NCBI GenBank assembly: GCA_963696385.1
Contig: CAVOKF010000005.1
Location: forward strand, 608,001-672,000
Origin: an uncultured delta proteobacterium
Lineage (GTDB): Bacteria; Myxococcota_A; Polyangia; Polyangiales; Polyangiaceae
Length of the DNA: 64,000 bases
Direction of reading: 5' to 3'
Under the pieces are notes generated by a model. That model worked only from the letters and a program-made list of their open reading frames with translations. It was not told where the DNA came from and did no database searches. Both the position numbers and the translations under genes were made by a program. Position 1 is the first letter of the stretch, and the number at the start of each line of letters is the position of its first letter. This document shows positions 18,753 to 28,810 of the stretch, in pieces.

Positions 18753-19676
18753 CTAGATTCCCGCCCCGTCGTTGAAGACCTCATGACGCAGCTGGGCCTG
18801 GCTGACGTGGGTGCCGGGTGCGATGCTATGCGTGAGCCATACGTTGCCTCCGACGCTCGATCCACGCCCGACCGTGATCCGACCCAGGACGGTCGCTCCC
18901 GCGTAGATGATGACGTCGTCTTCGACGATGGGGTGGCGCGGGATCCCCTTCACGGGGTTTCCGTGGTCGTCGGTCGGGAAGCTTTTGGCTCCCAGCGTGA
19001 CGCCCTGGTAGAGCCGGACGTGCTCGCCGATCGTGCAGGTCTCGCCGATCACGACGCCGGTACCGTGGTCGATGAAAAACCGCGGACCGATCGATGCTCC
19101 CGGATGGATGTCGATGCCGGTGACGGAGTGGGCGAGCTCGGAGATCATGCGTGGAATCAACGGGACTCCGAGCCGGTGCAGTTCGTGGGCGATCCGGTGG
19201 TAGGTGATGGCCGTCATCCCCGCGTACGAGAAATTCGTCTCGTCCGCGCTCGTGGCGGCCGGGTCCCCTTCGTAAGCGGCGCGCGCGTCGCTCTCGAGAA
19301 GCTCGCGCAACGCGGGAAGCCGGGATGCGAACGCGTGCACGATCGCCGTGGCGCGAGGGGCATCCGCCTCGCTGACCGCCTCCCCGTGTTGCCCCTCGAA
19401 CCGCAGGCCCACGCGAACCTGCTCCTCGAGCACGGCCAACGACGCGTCGAGCGTCCGACCGACGTAGTAGACCAGCCCTTCGCTGGACAGGTCCGATGCA
19501 CCGAAGTGCCAGGGAAACAGCGCCGCTCGGAGCCCCGACACGAGCTCGGCGACCGCCGATCGCGAGGGGAGCGGTCGCCGCCCGAACGTGCCGCTCCGGC
19601 TGCGCTCGTTCGCCCGGCAGATGGCCTCCACCACCGCGCCGAGGGGCTCCGTGGTCGTTGTTGTTCTCTCGCTCAA
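18753..19676 (-). CDS. cysE: Serine O-acetyltransferase
   Basis: AYEGDPAA, TGIDIHPGASIG, FFIDHGTGVVIGET, YQGVTLG, RHP; downstream of cysK. Confidence 0.93.
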   Translation of the reverse strand: MSERTTTTTEPLGAVVEAICRANERSRSGTFGRRPLPSRSAVAELVSGLRAALFPWHFGASDLSSEGLVYYVGRTLDASLAVLEEQVRVGLRFEGQHGEAVSEADAPRATAIVHAFASRLPALRELLESDARAAYEGDPAATSADETNFSYAGMTAITYHRIAHELHRLGVPLIPRMISELAHSVTGIDIHPGASIGPRFFIDHGTGVVIGETCTIGEHVRLYQGVTLGAKSFPTDDHGNPVKGIPRHPIVEDDVIIYAGATVLGRITVGRGSSVGGNVWLTHSIAPGTHVSQAQLRHEVFNDGAGI

Positions 19677-19697
19677 GTCGCGATTCCCTGCGCGTCG

Positions 19698-20651
19698 TCA
19701 GATCCCCTCGAAGAGGACCGTGCTGAGGTAGCGCTCGCCCGAATCCGGCAGCACGACGACGAGGGTCTTTCCTTCGTGTTCCGCCCGCGCGGCGAGCCGC
19801 ACCGCGACAGCAGCCGCCGCCCCGCTCGATATGCCGGACAGGATCCCCTCCTGGCGGGTGAGCCGGCGCGCGTAGTCGATCGCTTCCTCGTTCGTCACTT
19901 GCTCCACCTGGTCGACGATCGAAAGGTCCAGCACGTCCGGAATGAAGCCGGCGCCGATTCCCTGAATCTTGTGCGGTCCGGGTACGAGGGGTTTGCCCGC
20001 GCGCTTCTGCGAGATGACGGGACTGTTCGTGGGCTCGATGGCCACGGACAAAAGGGGCTTTCCGCGTGTCTTCTCGAAGTAGCGGGAAACCCCCGTGATG
20101 GTGCCGCCGGTGCCCACCCCGGAGACCAGAATGTCGACGTCGCCTCCCGTGTCGTCCCAAATTTCCGGTCCCGTGGTCGTTTCATGAATCGCCGGGTTCG
20201 CCGGATTCTTGAATTGCTGCAAAAGCACGTAACGAGCCGGATTCGAAGCGGCGATCTCTTCGGACTTCGCGACGGCGCCGCTCATCCCTTTGGGCCCTTC
20301 GGTCAGGACGAGTTTTGCGCCGTACGCCGCCAAGAGCTTGCGACGCTCGATGCTCATCGTCTCGGGCATGGTCAGCGTGAGGGGGTATCCGCGAGCGGCG
20401 GCGACGAACGCGAGCGCGATGCCGGTGTTGCCGCTGGTCGGCTCGATGATCTCCTTGCCGGGTCCAAGGACGCCCCGCTTCTCCGCATCCCACACCATGG
20501 CCGCACCCAGACGGCACTTGACCGAATACGACGGGTTGCGTCCCTCGATCTTGGCGAGGATCCGGGCGCGCGGTCGGTCTTGCAGGTGATTGAGGCGCAC
20601 GAGCGGCGTGCGGCCGATGGACTGAGCGTTGTCTTCGAACCAGTGGGCCAT
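19698..20651 (-). CDS. cysK: Cysteine synthase A
   Basis: [18 protein letters not shown] (PLP Lys), [40 protein letters not shown] before ATG 20651. Confidence 0.97.
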   Translation of the reverse strand: MAHWFEDNAQSIGRTPLVRLNHLQDRPRARILAKIEGRNPSYSVKCRLGAAMVWDAEKRGVLGPGKEIIEPTSGNTGIALAFVAAARGYPLTLTMPETMSIERRKLLAAYGAKLVLTEGPKGMSGAVAKSEEIAASNPARYVLLQQFKNPANPAIHETTTGPEIWDDTGGDVDILVSGVGTGGTITGVSRYFEKTRGKPLLSVAIEPTNSPVISQKRAGKPLVPGPHKIQGIGAGFIPDVLDLSIVDQVEQVTNEEAIDYARRLTRQEGILSGISSGAAAAVAVRLAARAEHEGKTLVVVLPDSGERYLSTVLFEGI

Positions 20652-20979
20652 GACATCCTCCCACAATCGCCGCCGCCGGTGAATGCTCGATTCGGCAAGC
20701 CGGTCGGCAGCTCGCGTCGAGCGTTCGTAGCACGAGACATGCTTTCGTTCCAACGTCGCTCCCCCGGCCCGCGTGGAGGCCATGGCAATCGCCAAGTCCA
20801 TGGCGTACCACTCGGGCAGACGATTGACTTCAATCGGCAGTGCTTGGCCGAAGGCCTGGCGAACCTCGGCGGTGGCTTTTTTCAGAGCTTGCCCGGCTCG
20901 GGCTCGCTGACCCGGTCGCCGATCAACTACCAGGCTCAAGGTCACCGTCTCCCAGACGGCTTGAGCCTCGGGTTTCTTC

Positions 20980-21669
20980 CTAGGTCAGCCCGTAGCCGAT
21001 GACGTCGAGACAGCGACTCTCGTGCGAGCTCCGATTTTCGTACGAGTGCGCTGCGTTCGCCTCGAAGAAAAGCGTGTCGCCCGGCGTCAAATCGTAGTTC
21101 TGGTTGCGCACGCTGACCCGGAGCGCTCCGGTGAGCAAGATCACGGTCTCGTGCGCACCGAGTCCATGGGGCTCGCTGTGAAGAATGCCCTTGGCATGAA
21201 AGCGAAGTTCGTAGATCTCCAGCCGAGCCGAGGCTCCCGAAGGCGAGAGCAGCCGGCTCTCGACGCGGCCGTCGCTCGTACGGAGCGGGGTCGAATCCCC
21301 CGACTTCAGGAGTCGAGCCGTCTCCGACTCATCCGGTCCGAGCAGAGTGTTGAAGGGCACCTTCAGCCCGACCGCGATCTTCCAGAGGACCGACAAGCTC
21401 GGATTCGATCGGCACGTCTCAATCTGCGACAGAGCGGCGCGGCTCACGCCGCTCGCCAGCGCGAGCTCGTCCAACGACAGTCCGCGCTCCTTTCGAAGGA
21501 CGCGCAGACTGTCTGCGACGCGGCGGGCCAGCACGGCGGCGCCCACGTCGTCGCCGAGTCCGTCGACTTTGGGGCGACCGGCGGGCTTGTTCGGGAGCGG
21601 GGACGTCCGCTCCGGAGAGGGCGAAACGACTCGAGGGCCGGATTTGCGGCCGGGTGCCGGCGGGCTCAT
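20980..21669 (-). CDS. XRE-family HTH regulator with C-terminal cupin (SutR/PuuR-like)
   Basis: [38 protein letters not shown]; cupin [14 protein letters not shown]...HSYEN. Confidence 0.92.
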   Translation of the reverse strand: MSPPAPGRKSGPRVVSPSPERTSPLPNKPAGRPKVDGLGDDVGAAVLARRVADSLRVLRKERGLSLDELALASGVSRAALSQIETCRSNPSLSVLWKIAVGLKVPFNTLLGPDESETARLLKSGDSTPLRTSDGRVESRLLSPSGASARLEIYELRFHAKGILHSEPHGLGAHETVILLTGALRVSVRNQNYDLTPGDTLFFEANAAHSYENRSSHESRCLDVIGYGLT

Positions 21670-21865
21670 TCGATCGAATGTAATGCGAGGACCACCGGGC
21701 CCGCAAACAATTGGTGGCGGGGGGGGTTCGCCCCGGGCAGCCGTCGAGGTCGAGGTTAGGTCGAGGTCGGGGTATCGGCCGGTGGAGGTTGGCCGTGAGG
21801 CACGGTCGCATGGTCACGCAGCGTACCGCCGACCGCCGAGACGCCTCGATCCGTCTCCCGCATTG

Positions 21866-21894
21866 TAGACACTGGTCCAGTATGATAGACAATG
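21866..21894. promoter_or_regulatory. Operator-like array TAGAC-N4-GTCCA-N6-TAGAC
   Basis: TAGACactgGTCCAgtatgaTAGACaatg in the divergent region between the XRE regulator and the ribBA remnant. Confidence 0.55.
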
Positions 21895-21913
21895 GCGGCG
21901 AGGCAGGTCGAAC

Positions 21914-22262
21914 ATGCCGTATTCGAGGGTCGAAGAGGCCATCCGGAGGACCCGACGCGGCGAACCCGTCGTGGTGGTCGACGACGCGGAGCGCGAGAAC
22001 GAAGGCGATCTCATCGTCGCCGCCGAGACCGCAACGCCGGAAGTCATCCGATTCGTTCTTCGCTACACGAGTGGCGTCTTGTGCGGCCCTGGAAGGCTAC
22101 CCGTTGCGAATCGTCGAACGCGTGGCGCTCGTCACGGCCCCCAACGCTGAAAACATCGGCTATCTGTCGGCGAAGCAGTCCAAGCTCGGCCACATGCTCG
22201 GTTTGGCAGCGAAGGTCGGCCACGCGCCAGATCGGATCTCGGAACGGGTCGTCTCGAGGTAA
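21914..22262 (+). pseudogene. ribBA: Bifunctional DHBP synthase/GTP cyclohydrolase II remnant with a large internal deletion
   Basis: RibB start [19 protein letters not shown]...TSGVLC joined out of frame at about 22083-22085 to RibA end [13 protein letters not shown]...NIGYLSAKQSKLGHML. Confidence 0.88.
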
Positions 22263-22290
22263 GTTACGCGCCCGATCGGACCGTGGTGAG

Positions 22291-22313
22291 GTCTATATGG
22301 TTGACTAAGTCCA
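22291..22313. promoter_or_regulatory. Palindromic operator-like site upstream of the toxin-antitoxin operon
   Basis: GTCTAtatggTTGACtaaGTCCA. Confidence 0.45.
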
Positions 22314-22337
22314 CGAGATGGGTTATGAGTGACTGCC

Positions 22338-22565
22338 ATGGGTTCCAAGGTGAACGTCCATGAGGCCAAGACCCATTTCTCGCAGCTTCTCGAGCGCGCG
22401 CACGCCGGCGAGGAGATTGTCATCGCGAAGAGCGGCAAGCCCTACGCCCGCCTTGTGCCGTTGGCCGCACCGGCTCCCCGCGAACCAGGGCTGCTGAAGG
22501 GCAAGCTCGGCGACGCCTTCTTCGAGCCCCTGTCTGAAGATGAGCTCAGGGCGTGGGAACGGTGA
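22338..22565 (+). CDS. Type II antitoxin, Phd/YefM family
   Basis: VNVHEAKTHFSQLLERAHAGEEIVIAKSGKPYARLVP. Confidence 0.93.
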   Translation: MGSKVNVHEAKTHFSQLLERAHAGEEIVIAKSGKPYARLVPLAAPAPREPGLLKGKLGDAFFEPLSEDELRAWER

Positions 22566-22948
22566 CCGTCCTCCTCGATACGCACGTACTCATCTGGTGG
22601 CTTTTGGCTGACCGACGCCTGTCGAAAGCGGCACGCGCCATTTTGCGCGACCCGGCGAATCGGATTCTTGTGTCGAGCGCCAGCGCTTGGGAGATCGCAA
22701 CGAAACACCGCCTCGGCAAGCTCACGGGAGTCGACGTGCTGGTCCAGGACGTAGCAAGGTGGGTCGCGCAGGCGGGCTTTGGCGAGCTGCCGATCACCAT
22801 GACTCACGCGCAACGAGCGGGCACGTTCCCGCACGAACACCGCGACCCGTTCGATCGGATGCTCGCCGCGCAGAGCGAGCGAGAGGCCGTACCGATCGTC
22901 TCCGGCGACACCGTTTTTGCGACGTTCGGCGTGCACGTAGTCTGGTGA
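22562..22948 (+). CDS. vapC: Type II toxin, PIN-domain VapC family
   Basis: LLDTHVLIW, SSASAWEIATK, HRDPFDRMLAAQ, IVSGD; GTGA overlap with the antitoxin. Confidence 0.93.
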   Translation: MTVLLDTHVLIWWLLADRRLSKAARAILRDPANRILVSSASAWEIATKHRLGKLTGVDVLVQDVARWVAQAGFGELPITMTHAQRAGTFPHEHRDPFDRMLAAQSEREAVPIVSGDTVFATFGVHVVW

Positions 22949-23248
22949 GTTCGCTTGCGGGAGCGAGCAACCGTGCGCGCATCTTTTTGATGCGGGACAA
23001 GCCGCAGCCGGAATGGTGCGGCACACATTCGATCCGGAAGTGGAACGGCGCCATGTCGTCGAAGAGGCGCGGGTCCACGAAGTCGTCGGCGTCAGCGCCC
23101 GTCTCCGCGCAATGAGTGGTCACACGGTCAAGGAAGCCTCCGACGCGCTCACGGTCTGCAGCAGGCCGGTCTGAAAGAAACGAGATGCGATGAGCTCATA
23201 AATTCGGAGAACCGAGCCGCAAGGCGAGTGGCGTGAGCGCTATCCCGT

Positions 23249-23279
23249 GTCTTTTATGATAGACAGTGGTCTATAATGA
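23249..23279. promoter_or_regulatory. Operator-like array GTCTT-N6-TAGAC-N4-GTCTA overlapping a TATAAT box
   Basis: GTCTTttatgaTAGACagtgGTCTAtaatga; TATAAT at 23272-23277; upstream of the arylsulfotransferase. Confidence 0.55.
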
Positions 23280-23559
23280 AGTCATCATCCGGTGCCAAGC
23301 CCCCAAACTACAACGGAGAGCGACCCCGTGGCGACCATGCCCCCAACCCCAACATCGATGCGATCCGGTTTACACGGCCGTGCAGGACGCCAGCATCGTC
23401 GTGGGAACGCCGGTGGACATCCTCCATCCGGCGCATCGCCTTCGTCCTCGGCATCGACATGACCCATCTGCGCTGCTCCCGCTGTTCCTAGCCACGGCGT
23501 CGCAAAAAGAACGTTGCGGCGTCGCGGTTCCGGAACATTCCACGAGGAGGTTCCCAGTC

Positions 23560-25107
23560 ATGACGTTTTCCCATATGTCGTTTCGAGTGCCCTACGTTGG
23601 CGGTGCAGGGCTCGTTGCGCTCGGTCTGCTCAGCGTGTTGGCTCGCGCGGATTCTTCGAGCGCTGCGTCGTCCACGGTGGCTCCGGTCCCGATCGATCCC
23701 CCGCCGGTCACGGTGCTCCAGTCCAGCTCACGAGTGGCTCACGGGCTGATCTTCATTGCGCCGATCCGTACCGCCTCGCTCGCGATACCCAGCGGCGGCG
23801 CGGACGCCGGCGCGCCCGGCGGCGGTGTAGATGCCGCGGCGCCGGCCGCCCCGGCCGGTCAAGAGGGGCCCGAGATCCTCGACGATCAGGGCCGTCCTGT
23901 ATGGTTTTTGCCCATCACGAACGGCCAGGCCGCCGCGGACTTTCGGGTTCAAAGCTACCAGGGCGAGCCGGTTCTCACCTGGTCGCAGGGCGAAGGGTTC
24001 GGCGGTCTCGCTCAGGGCCTGACCACCGATTACATCTTCAACAGCCATTACAACGTCATCGCGACGGTCACGGCCGGCCATGGGCTCGACGCCGACCAGC
24101 ACGAGTTCAGACTGACACCGGAGGGGACGGCTCTCATCACCGTTTACGATGCCGTGACCGCTGACCTGTCGTCGGTCGGCGGTTCGACCAGCGGACTGGT
24201 TATCGACGGGGTCGTCCAGGAAATCGACATCGCGAGCGGACAGGTCCTCTTCGAGTGGCACAGCCTCGACCACGTGCCGTTGGTCGACAGCTATGAGCCC
24301 GTCCCCGCCTCGGCCACTACGCCGTACGACTACTTTCATATCAACGCCGTGAGCCCCGACGAGGACGGCAACTTGCTGATTTCGTCGCGGCACACGTGGA
24401 CCGTCTACAAGCTCAATCGACACACCGGCGACGTCATCTGGCGTCTCGGCGGCAAACAGAGCGACTTCACGCTCGGACCGAACGTGGCGTTCGCGTGGCA
24501 GCACAACCCGATTGCCGTCGACCGGGACACGATTCGAATTTTCGACAACGAATCGAACGGTACGCCCGTTCTGCCGTACTCGCGCGTCATCTGGGTGAGG
24601 CGCGATGATGCGACCAAGACTGCGACACTCCTGCGATCGTTTGTCCACCCCGACCATCTGTCGGCCGGGTCCCAGGGCGGCAGTCAGGCTCTGGACAACG
24701 GCGACACGTTCGTCGGCTGGGGTGCCGTCCCGCGAATCTCCGAGTTCGACCGCGAAGGCAATCTCCTCTTCGACGCGAGTCTCGCGGCGGGCTTCGACTC
24801 CTATCGCGCGTATCGATTCGAGTGGGTTGGAAAGCCGGAAACGTGGCCGACGGCCACGGCCCAGGCGGTTGGCGGTACGACCACCGTGCAGGCGATCTGG
24901 AACGGCGCGACCGAAGTGGCGCGCTGGGAGGTGATCGGCAGCGGCGACGGCGCGTCCGGCGACCCGCGCCTGCTGGCATCCTCACCGTGGAACGGCCTCG
25001 ACACGGCCATCGCGGTCGACGGCGATCCGAAATTCGTTCGAGTCGTCGCGAAAGACCGATTCGGCCGCGAGATCGGTCGTTCGCCCGTCACCGCCGTAAC
25101 GCAGTAA
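23560..25107 (+). CDS. Secreted arylsulfotransferase (ASST) family protein
   Basis: GAGGAGG RBS, signal peptide, DQHEFRLT, FEWHSLDHV, DYFHINAV, LISSRHT, WRLGGK, WQH, SYRAYRF, WNGATEV. Confidence 0.9.
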   Translation: MTFSHMSFRVPYVGGAGLVALGLLSVLARADSSSAASSTVAPVPIDPPPVTVLQSSSRVAHGLIFIAPIRTASLAIPSGGADAGAPGGGVDAAAPAAPAGQEGPEILDDQGRPVWFLPITNGQAAADFRVQSYQGEPVLTWSQGEGFGGLAQGLTTDYIFNSHYNVIATVTAGHGLDADQHEFRLTPEGTALITVYDAVTADLSSVGGSTSGLVIDGVVQEIDIASGQVLFEWHSLDHVPLVDSYEPVPASATTPYDYFHINAVSPDEDGNLLISSRHTWTVYKLNRHTGDVIWRLGGKQSDFTLGPNVAFAWQHNPIAVDRDTIRIFDNESNGTPVLPYSRVIWVRRDDATKTATLLRSFVHPDHLSAGSQGGSQALDNGDTFVGWGAVPRISEFDREGNLLFDASLAAGFDSYRAYRFEWVGKPETWPTATAQAVGGTTTVQAIWNGATEVARWEVIGSGDGASGDPRLLASSPWNGLDTAIAVDGDPKFVRVVAKDRFGREIGRSPVTAVTQ

Positions 25108-25306
25108 ACACAGCCGAGCTTCGGGCAAGGTCGATCGCCGGCGTCCCGGGGGCCGATCCCGGTCCCGACCGTCGGCTCGGCCTTGCGCCGAGGCGAAACG
25201 CGATCGTCCAGGCGGCGCGCCACGGAGTGTGCCTCCTCCCTTCGCCGCGACCAGGTGTCCCGGGCGACAACCGTACGGCCGTGGCGTGTAGGGCGTCGAG
25301 CGGCGC

Positions 25307-25600
25307 TCAGCGGCCTTTGCCGAGAAGGCTCAGCGCGGCGACTTGAATCGACAGAGCGCCACACATGACGGCCTCCCTCGTTTCAGAGGAAGGAGGGTGT
25401 GCGGCCCAACGGCTGATTTCGTCTCTCAGCCGTTCGGCCTGGGCCACCAGGTCACGAATCTCCGTTGCCGGCTCGATGCCGCCTAGGCAGTGGAGCGCGA
25501 GGTCGACGGCGTACCGGGCGCGGTCGACGCCGGGGTCGCGCGAGGGAAGCGAGAACAGGCGCGAGGTGTGTGGCGAGGTTCTATCGGCTTGTGTAGGCAT
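25307..25600 (-). CDS. Small hypothetical helical protein
   Basis: ORF with amphipathic helical character; no family recognised. Confidence 0.3.
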   Translation of the reverse strand: MPTQADRTSPHTSRLFSLPSRDPGVDRARYAVDLALHCLGGIEPATEIRDLVAQAERLRDEISRWAAHPPSSETREAVMCGALSIQVAALSLLGKGR

Positions 25601-25820
25601 GCAGGGGATCAACCATCGGGACGGCCATTCGATGGCGCACGTCGTCCGCGCATAGCATCGACTCGTCGGCAAAGTCGTCGAACTCGCGGCGGCGAAGGAT
25701 CAGCCAGGACACGGCGCGACCGCCCATGGCGTCGAAGCGAATGCCGCCGCATCCCGCGCTGCCGGCGGTGGCGAGAGCGCTTCGTCACCGGCGGTCGCGA
25801 TCCGACCCACGAACGACGGG

Positions 25821-26297
25821 TCAATCGGCGCCTTGCAGGGGGATCGGCAGGGTCTCGATCGGAAGCACGCCGTCTTTGAGGTCGTCGTGCGCCGTGTGGG
25901 TCGGGACCTTTACGGGCGCATGTTCGGCCACCAATCCGCGGTTTCGGCTCTCCCGATCCCGGGCCTCCGACACCGGGGCTTGATGGTGCATCCAGAGATG
26001 GATGAAGGCCGTCAGAATGAAGAAGCTCGCAATGAGCATGCCGCTGTCTGCGAAAGCCACCCGCGGGTGCAGAAGCGACGGTCGGCTGACACCCCAAAGC
26101 TCGGCAGCAACCGTCGAGAGGGCACTGGCGGCCGAGGTACCCCAGAGCAACCCCCTGGATCGTTGCAGGGCGCAAAGTGCGATGGGAAGCGTGAACAAGC
26201 CGCATCCGCAAGGCTCCGCCGCAGTGCAAAGCGCGACTGCCGCCACGAGCGCGGTGCCGGCGACGACGGTGGCTACCACCAGGGGTCTCCGATTCAT
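25821..26297 (-). CDS. Hypothetical membrane protein resembling an isolated membrane sensor module
   Basis: Several hydrophobic segments; sigma-54-like CGGGTCGGAAATTGCA at 26311-26326. Confidence 0.4.
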   Translation of the reverse strand: MNRRPLVVATVVAGTALVAAVALCTAAEPCGCGLFTLPIALCALQRSRGLLWGTSAASALSTVAAELWGVSRPSLLHPRVAFADSGMLIASFFILTAFIHLWMHHQAPVSEARDRESRNRGLVAEHAPVKVPTHTAHDDLKDGVLPIETLPIPLQGAD

Positions 26298-27224
26298 TCG
26301 TTGCCGCTGCTGCAATTTCCGACCCGAGCCACCGAGGCCGCAGCCGAGAGGGCAGGATGCCGGTCGTACGAGCCCACCTTGTCTGCGCCGAGCCCACGCG
26401 GGACTCGGTGAGCGTTGCACGCCGAAGGACCGCCTTGCGGCCTTCTGCCCGGCTGCGCAGCAGTGAGTGGCCACGTGGCTCGCGCGGTGCTGACGCCGGT
26501 CAGGCAAGGATTACGGTCCGCTCTGCGAGTCGCTCGGCGTGGATCTCGTTGGCAAGCCGCGTCGGTTCTGCCGTTCATCCTCGAACAGCGCATGTGGGCG
26601 GCCGCGTCAAGAAAGCCGGTGCCGGCGACTGGCGGTCGCTCTGGAAAGCGACCCCGGGGAAGGTGGGCGCGCTGATCCGGGGTGTCGGCCCTTCCACGCC
26701 CTTCACCGGCGTGCCTCGCTAATGGCGAAAGCAAGGGCCCACGAGGACCGGACGCGCGTCGCAGCCGACCCACGCGAACGCCCGGTGCACAGCGAGATGG
26801 GCCGGACGCCCGAATCCGGCCACCGCCGTCGCCGGGAAAACGGGGTCTCCGATTCGTCACGATCCCCTCTGATCGGGCGAAGAAGCGCGCCAAAGGAGGA
26901 TCCTCGGGCGGCGAAAACGAAAATACTGTGCATGACCTCGGGCACGCCAGCATCTGCAAGGGCAGGGGCACGTGGGAAGAGGCCCATTTGTCGGAGGGCA
27001 CGATGGACGGCAGGGCAAGACTCGTGGAATGTTGCGATCCGGCCCGACGAGGCCTGGCGGAGCTCAGCGTCGCAGGTGGGCCCGACACGACGCGGATCGA
27101 TGCGTTAGGCGACGCGGCGCGAAGCCGCCCAACCGAGACGGCACCGCGAACCGTGCGGCTCGTGGCGGGCGGTTGTGCTACCAACGGCACCTACGGCTGC
27201 CGGTCCGTCATTCTCGCCCAATCC

Positions 27225-27683
27225 ATGGCCATAGGAGTCGGTGGGACTTGGCATTCGTGCAGCACCGAATTTTTCGCGTGCCAGGCGGCGCCCCAGCCAA
27301 TCTTCGCCTTGACGCTCTCGCAACTGCATTTGTCTTTTTTGGTCTCGCGCGACGAAGAGTACGTAGCGCTTTCTGCGAGGGCGGGCAGCCGCACGTTCAA
27401 TCTGGGCGACGGGGTCTACAACTATTTGCTGCTTACGCTGGCTCGTCGGCGGCTCGCCGACGCCGCGGAGCGGCTGGCCGATAGCGCGTGCGGGTGGGTC
27501 TCGCAGGAAGAACTTGACCACGACCCGACGATGGCGCCGACACAAATTAATATCGGAGTATTCCGAATGCGGGCGCGACTGCGGGGCTTCGGCGTCGTCG
27601 ATGCCAACGCCATCGTCGAGCGCCGCCGAACGGCACGGCAACTTCGGATCGGCACGCCGCATCTGTCGGTGCTGCACGTCTAG
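27225..27683 (+). CDS. C-terminal (wHTH-like) domain of myxobacterial FHA-domain proteins, FHA apparently absent; possibly a truncated gene
   Basis: LHLSFLVSRDEEYVAL, YNYLLLTLARRRLAD, GWVSQEEL, INIGVFRMRARL, IVERRRTARQLRIG; upstream in-frame sequence does not look like FHA. Confidence 0.55.
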   Translation: MAIGVGGTWHSCSTEFFACQAAPQPIFALTLSQLHLSFLVSRDEEYVALSARAGSRTFNLGDGVYNYLLLTLARRRLADAAERLADSACGWVSQEELDHDPTMAPTQINIGVFRMRARLRGFGVVDANAIVERRRTARQLRIGTPHLSVLHV

Positions 27684-27840
27684 GTCTCGCCATGTCTGCA
27701 GTGGCCGATCGTCACGCAGATGTTGCACGCGCGACTGGAGGGCTAGACCGTCGCGGGTGCCCGGGTGGGGCAGGTGACCGTGCTCTCGCCTCGCGCCAGA
27801 CCACCCGCGGTGGGAGACATGTGGTAACGTCGCACACGCG

Positions 27841-28701
27841 ATGTCTGTTTCGGCGGGCCGGGATGAGCTCCTCGAACGCATGGCGGTGGCGGTAGAAGCC
27901 CGGTTTTCCGGATGGCGCATCGAACGCAACGAATTTATCCGACGTCTCGAGTCGATCCTCGACGCCGAGCAGGCCACGGGCGGCCCTGATCTAGACTTGG
28001 CAGCGAGAGTTGAAAAACTCAGCATCGACGACGTCTATCTGGCGTACGGCTGCCTGATAGGCATCCCCGGCGCCATCGCATCGTTCGCGCGAACCTATCT
28101 ACCGAGGATCGACGAATACCTCCGGTGCCTGCCGAGGGCCAGGCTGCACCGCGACGAGGTCCAGCGACGTCTCGAGGACCTCCTTCTTCTGCCCCAGAAC
28201 GGCGCGCCTCCACGGATTGGTCAGTACCGTGGCCGCGCGCCACTGGACCACTTCGTGGCCGCCGTCGCGCGCAACGCGGCGCTCACACTGCTCAGAAGCG
28301 AGCGGCGCGGGCAACATGTGGTTGACATCGACCGGCTTGCGCTGCCCGCGAACGGGACGGACGAGCCTGGGCGGTACGCAAGCGGCCTTTACGAAGCGGT
28401 CGTACGAGACGCAGTGCGGTCCTCGCTCGCAACACTCGATCGCCGCCAACGAACCACCGTGCGGTTGCACCTGTCCGGGGGGGTCACGTTCACGCAAATC
28501 GCGCGCATGCTCCGGGTGCACCAGTCGACAGTGAGCCGATCCTTCGACGCCGCAATGCTCAAACTCCACGCGGACGTACTGCGCCAGCTGCGGACTCACG
28601 GCCTGTGCGATGCCGAAATAGAATCCGTGATACGCGACGTCCGCAGTCATATCGATCTGAGCATTTCACGCGTGCTGCGTGACACCGACGTAGACGACTG
28701 A
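27841..28701 (+). CDS. RNA polymerase sigma-70/ECF-like factor, Myxococcales type
   Basis: DDVYLAYGCLIG...AIASF, DEVQRRLEDLLL, PRIGQYRGRAPL, region 4 LDRRQRTTVRLHLSGGVTFTQIARMLRVHQSTVSR, LSISRVL tail. Confidence 0.85.
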   Translation: MSVSAGRDELLERMAVAVEARFSGWRIERNEFIRRLESILDAEQATGGPDLDLAARVEKLSIDDVYLAYGCLIGIPGAIASFARTYLPRIDEYLRCLPRARLHRDEVQRRLEDLLLLPQNGAPPRIGQYRGRAPLDHFVAAVARNAALTLLRSERRGQHVVDIDRLALPANGTDEPGRYASGLYEAVVRDAVRSSLATLDRRQRTTVRLHLSGGVTFTQIARMLRVHQSTVSRSFDAAMLKLHADVLRQLRTHGLCDAEIESVIRDVRSHIDLSISRVLRDTDVDD

Positions 28702-28810
28702 GTCCCCTTTGCGTCTCATTCGACGAGAAGGACACCGCCCGACGCATGCCCCGCGCGGCGCTGCGTCTCGGGGTAAGCCACGAAGGACACACCGTCGAAA
28801 GGATCGCGGC

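Noticed and set aside
20652..20945. 98-aa N-terminal extension of CysK in the ORF track
   Set aside because: A strong GGAGG RBS precedes ATG 20651 and the extension does not look like protein
18783..21002. 739-aa + strand ORF
   Set aside because: Antisense shadow of cysE/cysK; long stop-free reverse frames are expected at high GC
27249..27264. TGGCATTCGTGCAGCA sigma-54-like element
   Set aside because: Lies inside the FHA-associated ORF, far from the next start, with a poor -12 match
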